Below, in pieces: positions 33,557-37,700 of a stretch of 37,700 nt of DNA. Each line of letters starts with the position of its first letter. Within the stretch, counting starts at the first letter, position 1. The notes under the pieces are model-generated. The model was given only the letters and a program-made list of their open reading frames with translations. It was not told the DNA's origin and searched no databases. The stretch comes from a virus (lineage: Duplodnaviria > Caudoviricetes), in the IMG/VR virus record IMGVR_UViG_3300005326_000089, positions 1 through 37,700 of that record; one strand, written 5' to 3'. Position numbers and translations under genes: made by a program.

Positions 33557-34584
33557 TGCTCAAAGCCCCATTCGTTTACTTTGGAGGAAAGTCCGCCGTG
33601 GCCGATACCGTGTGGCAATACCTCGGGGCGGACTGCCCCAATTACGTCGAGCCGTTCGCCGGTAGCCTGGCGGTGCTGCTCGCGCGCCCCGGCGGCGCCG
33701 GCAAGACCGAGACCGTCAATGACGCCGACGGGCTTCTCGCCAATGCGTGGCGGGCGATGCAGCACGACCCCGAGGCGGTGGCCGAGGCGGCCGACTGGCC
33801 TGTCAACGAGGCGGATCTGCACGCGCGGCACTTGTGGCTAGTGCGCCAGCGGGAGAGCATTACCGACCGCCTCATGGGCGACCCGCTGTGGCATGACCCA
33901 GTAGCGGCGGGATGGTGGATTTGGGGCGCATGCGCCTGGATCGGGTCCGGCTGGTGCTCGGGAGAGGGGCCCTGGACCGAGGAGGGCGGCCGCCTCGTGC
34001 GCCGAGAGCCTGGCGGGGTGCTGCGCAAAATGCCGCACGTGGGCGACGGGGGCCGGGGCATCAACCGCAAAATGCCGCACGTGGGCGACGGGGGCCGGGG
34101 CATCAACCGCCAAATGCCGCACGTGGGCGACGGGGGCCAGGGCATTAACCGCGCGGCCCCCGCTCATGAGCACCGCGGGCAATTTATCTCCGCGTGGTTC
34201 AACGACTTGGCGACCCGCTTGCGTAACGTCCGGGTCGTATGCGGCGACTTTGAACGGGTGCTCGGTCCGAGTGTGACGCACCGCCACGGGGTGACGGGAA
34301 TATTCCTCGACCCGCCGTACGACGCCGGCAATACCGACCCTTACGGGGTGGGCAGCACGGCGGGAGTCGCGGGCCGTACGCTCGAGTGGTGCATCGCCAA
34401 CGGCAACCACCCCGACCTACGTATCGTATTGGCCGGGTACGCCGGGGAGCATGATGCCCTTGCGCTGCTGGGGTGGCGGTCGGTACCTTGGAAGGCCCGC
34501 GGCGGCTACGGGTCGCAGGGGGACGGGCGCGGGCGGGAGAATGCCGCGCGTGAAAGATTGTGGATCTCGCCGGGGTGCCTGTAA
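33556..34584 (+). CDS. DNA adenine methyltransferase (D12/Dam-like, alpha class)
   Basis: PFVYFGGKS, YVEPFAGSLAV, ETVND (SAM binding) and catalytic FLDPPY; TAATG coupling. Confidence 0.9.
   Translation: MLKAPFVYFGGKSAVADTVWQYLGADCPNYVEPFAGSLAVLLARPGGAGKTETVNDADGLLANAWRAMQHDPEAVAEAADWPVNEADLHARHLWLVRQRESITDRLMGDPLWHDPVAAGWWIWGACAWIGSGWCSGEGPWTEEGGRLVRREPGGVLRKMPHVGDGGRGINRKMPHVGDGGRGINRQMPHVGDGGQGINRAAPAHEHRGQFISAWFNDLATRLRNVRVVCGDFERVLGPSVTHRHGVTGIFLDPPYDAGNTDPYGVGSTAGVAGRTLEWCIANGNHPDLRIVLAGYAGEHDALALLGWRSVPWKARGGYGSQGDGRGRENAARERLWISPGCL
34024..34152 (+). repeat. Three 42-bp tandem repeats (RKMPHVGDGGRGIN) inside the methylase
   Basis: Units at 34024, 34066 and 34108; the first two are identical and the third has a few substitutions. 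Confidence 0.95.
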
Positions 34585-36950
34585 TGCTTGCTCTAACCTC
34601 CCGCCCGCAGTGGCTGATTTTCCGCACCGCCCCGAGTGCCACCCGCCCCGGCAAAACGGATAAGATACCGTGCGACCCGCGCACCGGGTATGACTGCAAC
34701 GCGCACGACTCGGCGCTGTGGGTAACGCACGCCGAGGCCGCCCAGGCCGCCACCCGCTACGGGGTGGGACTGGCCTTTGTGATTACCTCGGACGACCCGC
34801 TCTTTTGCCTGGATATCGACGGGTGCCTGCAGCCCGATAACACGTGGAGCCCCCTGGCCCTCGAGCTGTGCGCGGCCTTCCCCGGGGCGATGGTGGAGGT
34901 GTCCAACAGCGGGCGCGGCCTCCACATTTGGGGCAGTTATGCGGGGCCTATGCCACCGCACAAAACCCGGAACCCCCTCGGCCTCGAGCTCTATCACGAG
35001 TTGCGGTTCATCGCGCTTGGTACCGGCGCGGTGGGCGATGCGGCGGTCGACTGCACGCTGGCGCTGGCCGGCATCATCGCGCGGTATTTCCAGCGGGACC
35101 CGAGCGAGGCGCGCGCGGCGGAATGGACGGACGGCCCGGTCGACGGCGCCCGCCCCATCCTGGACGACGGGGACCTCATCCGCCGCGCCTGCTCCTCCCG
35201 CCAGTCAATGCGCGGGCTGCTGGCCGGCAAAGCAACGTTCGCGGACCTGTGGGAAGGCAATGCCGAGGTGCTGGCGCGGGCGTACCCGGACGGGGGCGGC
35301 CAGGGGCGGGCGTGGGATTGCTCCTCCGCGGACGCAGCCCTCGCCCAGCATCTGGCCTTCTGGACCGGTAACGACTGCGAGCGCATCGAGCACCTCATGC
35401 GGCAATCCGAGCTCGCGCGCGACAAGTGGGAGCGGGAGGACTATCTGCCCCGTACCATCCTGGCCGCCTGCAGCCGGCAAACCTCGTGGTACGTCGAGCC
35501 GATTGCAGCCCCGCTGCAGGCCGCAACACCGGCGCCGGGGGCATTCACCGTGCCGGCACTCCCCAGCCCGTTCGCCGACGCAAGGGACGGCACGGCGGCC
35601 ACTCGGCCGCTGACGGAACTCGGTAACGCCATGCGCCTGCACGATCGGCACGGCGGCGACGTCCGCTACGTGCACGACGTGTCCGGGTGGGTCCTGTGGC
35701 GGGCGGGCGCGTGGCAGTGGGATATGGACGGCGCGGCGGTGCGCGGACTGGCCGCAGGGCTGGCGCCGGTGGTTTATTCCGAGGGGGCGAATAACCTGTA
35801 CGAGGGCGATAAATTCGCCAAGTGGGCGCGACAGTCACAGCAGGCCGGCACCATCCGGGCCGCGGTGGGCATCCTGTCGGACCTCGACGGGGTGCGCCTT
35901 CCGCTCGCCTCCCTGGACAGCGACCCGATGCTCGTAGGAGTCAATCAAGCGCGGGACGTGATCGACCTGCGCACCGGGCTGACGCGGCCGGCCGAGCACA
36001 CCGATTACATTACCAAGAGCTTGTCTGTCGGGGAGGCGGGCCGGCCCGAGGCGTGCCCCCGGTGGCGGTCGTTCCTCGAGCAAGTGTTCAACCACGACCG
36101 CGAACTCATCGACTGGATACAGCGCTGGTGCGGGTACCTGCTGGCGGGGGACGCGCGGGAGCATTTCTTCGTCTTCGCCTATGGATTCGGCCGCAACGGT
36201 AAGGGCACGTTCGCTGAGACTCTGAAGACCGTCATGGGGGACTACGCCCGCAGCGTGAGCTCGGAGACCCTGACCGACACCAAGCGCAACGCCGGGAGTG
36301 CGTCCCCGGACCTAGCCGCCCTGATCGGTGCGCGCATGGCCTTGACGAGTGAGACCGAGGAGGGCACCGCCCTTGCCGAGAACCTCGTCAAAACCCTGAC
36401 GGGCGGCGATACCATCAGCGTGCGCCAGCTCTACGCCCCGCCGGTCGACTTCAAACCGCAGTTCAAATTGCTGGTCCTCGGCAACCACAAGCCGGTGGTG
36501 CGCGGTAACGATTACGGCATTTGGAGCCGGATCCGCCTAGTGCCCTTTACCCGGGTATTTACCGAGAGCGAGCGCGACCCGGCGCTCCCGGACAAACTGC
36601 GCGCCGAGGCCCCCCACATCCTCGCCTGGATGGTACGGGGGTGCCTTGAGTGGCAGCGGCGCGGGCTGTCGGATATCCCCGCCGCGGTGGCGGCCGCAAC
36701 GGCCGAGTACCGGACGGAAATGGACCTCGTCGGCCGCTTCCTCGAGGACCAGACGGTGCGGGACGGGGCGGCGGAGACAGACGGCCGGCTACTCTACGGG
36801 GCTTACAAAATGTGGGCGGCGGAAAACGGGATGCGCCCCCAAACGTCGACCAGCTTTACCCGGCGCCTGACAGAGCGAGGCATCGGCAACCGGCGGACGG
36901 GGGGCGCGCGGGTGTGGCTAGGGCTACGGCTCAACCTCGGTGGCGCCTAA
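34584..36950 (+). CDS. Primase-polymerase/helicase (NrS-1-like AEP + helical bundle + D5/SF3 helicase)
   Basis: KIP, CLDIDGC (DxD), EVSNSGRGLHIW, S.AD.ALA.HLAFWTG.D, D5_N TELGNA.R, Walker A GFGRNGKGT, KTLTGGD, NHKP, GIWSRI..VPF. Confidence 0.92.
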   Translation: MLALTSRPQWLIFRTAPSATRPGKTDKIPCDPRTGYDCNAHDSALWVTHAEAAQAATRYGVGLAFVITSDDPLFCLDIDGCLQPDNTWSPLALELCAAFPGAMVEVSNSGRGLHIWGSYAGPMPPHKTRNPLGLELYHELRFIALGTGAVGDAAVDCTLALAGIIARYFQRDPSEARAAEWTDGPVDGARPILDDGDLIRRACSSRQSMRGLLAGKATFADLWEGNAEVLARAYPDGGGQGRAWDCSSADAALAQHLAFWTGNDCERIEHLMRQSELARDKWEREDYLPRTILAACSRQTSWYVEPIAAPLQAATPAPGAFTVPALPSPFADARDGTAATRPLTELGNAMRLHDRHGGDVRYVHDVSGWVLWRAGAWQWDMDGAAVRGLAAGLAPVVYSEGANNLYEGDKFAKWARQSQQAGTIRAAVGILSDLDGVRLPLASLDSDPMLVGVNQARDVIDLRTGLTRPAEHTDYITKSLSVGEAGRPEACPRWRSFLEQVFNHDRELIDWIQRWCGYLLAGDAREHFFVFAYGFGRNGKGTFAETLKTVMGDYARSVSSETLTDTKRNAGSASPDLAALIGARMALTSETEEGTALAENLVKTLTGGDTISVRQLYAPPVDFKPQFKLLVLGNHKPVVRGNDYGIWSRIRLVPFTRVFTESERDPALPDKLRAEAPHILAWMVRGCLEWQRRGLSDIPAAVAAATAEYRTEMDLVGRFLEDQTVRDGAAETDGRLLYGAYKMWAAENGMRPQTSTSFTRRLTERGIGNRRTGGARVWLGLRLNLGGA

Positions 36951-37098
36951 CACCCAAGGTTTCCGCCGGGGACGGGGCGTTAATCCGGATCCAGTTCCGG
37001 TACGCCGTCAAAGGCGTGTGGCCGAGGCCGACCCGAGCGCGGTGGGTGCTTACGCAAAGCCAGGTCCCTGCCATTGACCATATCTTCGGTTTGTTCAT
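36931..37098 (-). CDS. Small hypothetical protein (MNKPKIW...GLGHTPLTAY.NW)
   Basis: GGAGGGAG SD; TAATG coupling with the upstream ORF. Confidence 0.6.
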   Translation of the reverse strand: MNKPKIWSMAGTWLCVSTHRARVGLGHTPLTAYRNWIRINAPSPAETLGVRRHRG

Positions 37099-37277
37099 TA
37101 CGCTCCCTCCACGAACACTGTTGCCTGACTGTCGAGATCCCGCCCGGGGCCGCTGCGCCCCGGGCACTCCTCGCGCGACAGCTGCGCGGGGTCCAAGGGC
37201 GGTGAGAACTCCCGCCCGCACTCCTCGCACCAGACGGTTTGCGAGAGTGCGTCGAGCCTGATCGTGTGGCGTTTCAT
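37098..37277 (-). CDS. 59-aa CxxC protein (MKRHTIRLDALSQTVWCEECGREF...), not in the ORF track
   Basis: ATGA coupling upstream, TAATG coupling downstream, GGAGG SD. Confidence 0.6.
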   Translation of the reverse strand: MKRHTIRLDALSQTVWCEECGREFSPPLDPAQLSREECPGRSGPGRDLDSQATVFVEGA

Positions 37278-37612
37278 CTAAGAGCCTCCCCGCAAAAGGG
37301 GCAAAACCGGAACACAACCCCGCTCGCGTACGGGCTCGGCCTGAATAGGTACTGGTACGCAAGCGGGCCGGACAACCCACGCCGGATGTGCTGTTCTATT
37401 ACCCCCACCGCACCGCCGGGGGCGTCCATATTCTCGGGCACCGCAACGCCTCGGAAGCACCCGTGGGGGGTAGTCAAGCCACCGGGGCGCGGGAGCCGAG
37501 CGCGCACCCAGGCCGCCCCGCCGAGGGTGCGCAGCTTGTTACGCTGGGCGGCGGTCATGCGCAGGGTCACCACCTCACTCGGGGCGCCGGTCGGGTCAAG
37601 CGGGGGCCTCAT
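37274..37612 (-). CDS. Small protein with RHH-like N-terminus and C-terminal CPFCG; true start may lie upstream
   Basis: RPPLDP....VTLRMT.AQR.KL..LGGA.WVR pattern of small phage DNA-binding proteins. Confidence 0.5.
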   Translation of the reverse strand: MRPPLDPTGAPSEVVTLRMTAAQRNKLRTLGGAAWVRARLPRPGGLTTPHGCFRGVAVPENMDAPGGAVGVIEQHIRRGLSGPLAYQYLFRPSPYASGVVFRFCPFCGEALR

Positions 37613-37649
37613 GCCACCGCCTCGAGGAAGTCCGCTCGCTGGCGGTCGC

Positions 37650-37700
<51 letters not shown>

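Noticed and set aside
34024-34152. 42-bp repeats as a CRISPR array or DGR template/variable repeat
   Set aside because: Directly tandem with no spacers, in frame within a CDS, and no reverse transcriptase or cas operon in the window.
37100-37270. Run of four GC-rich hairpins suggesting a structured ncRNA
   Set aside because: The region is fully occupied by a translationally coupled 59-aa minus-strand ORF with an SD; such hairpins are expected at this GC content.

Overview
A near-complete (~37.7 kb), high-GC, lambda/HK97-like siphophage genome from a Gram-negative host (SAR endolysin plus Rz/Rz1 spanins). Left arm (+ strand): packaging, head, tail and lysis genes (70-21720). Right arm: a minus-strand block with PolA, SSB and Cas4-like nuclease (21678-29032), then a mostly plus-strand block with clamp-like protein, SF2 helicase, VRR-NUC, TetR-like, RAMA (minus strand), DNA adenine methylase and NrS-1-like primase-helicase (29123-36950). 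No integrase, CI repressor, tRNA or CRISPR array was recognised. The main finding is a candidate virion-glycosylation system directly downstream of the major capsid gene. The small gene at 5457 has a dnaX-type -1 frameshift cassette: internal SD GGGAGG, then A AAA AAG at 5600-5606, then a 3' hairpin. The 0-frame product is a 125-aa Ser/Thr/Pro-rich protein ending in an AT-hook. The -1 product fuses the same 50-aa N-terminal domain to a Maf/MptE-like (DUF115) glycosyltransferase-like domain whose N-terminal half has no start codon of its own, so the ORF track captures only its last 103 aa. A GT9-like glycosyltransferase and a SAM methyltransferase follow. Most outer virion proteins carry Ser-Pro motifs in probable loops that may be acceptor sites. 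All family assignments come from motifs recognised by eye, not database searches.
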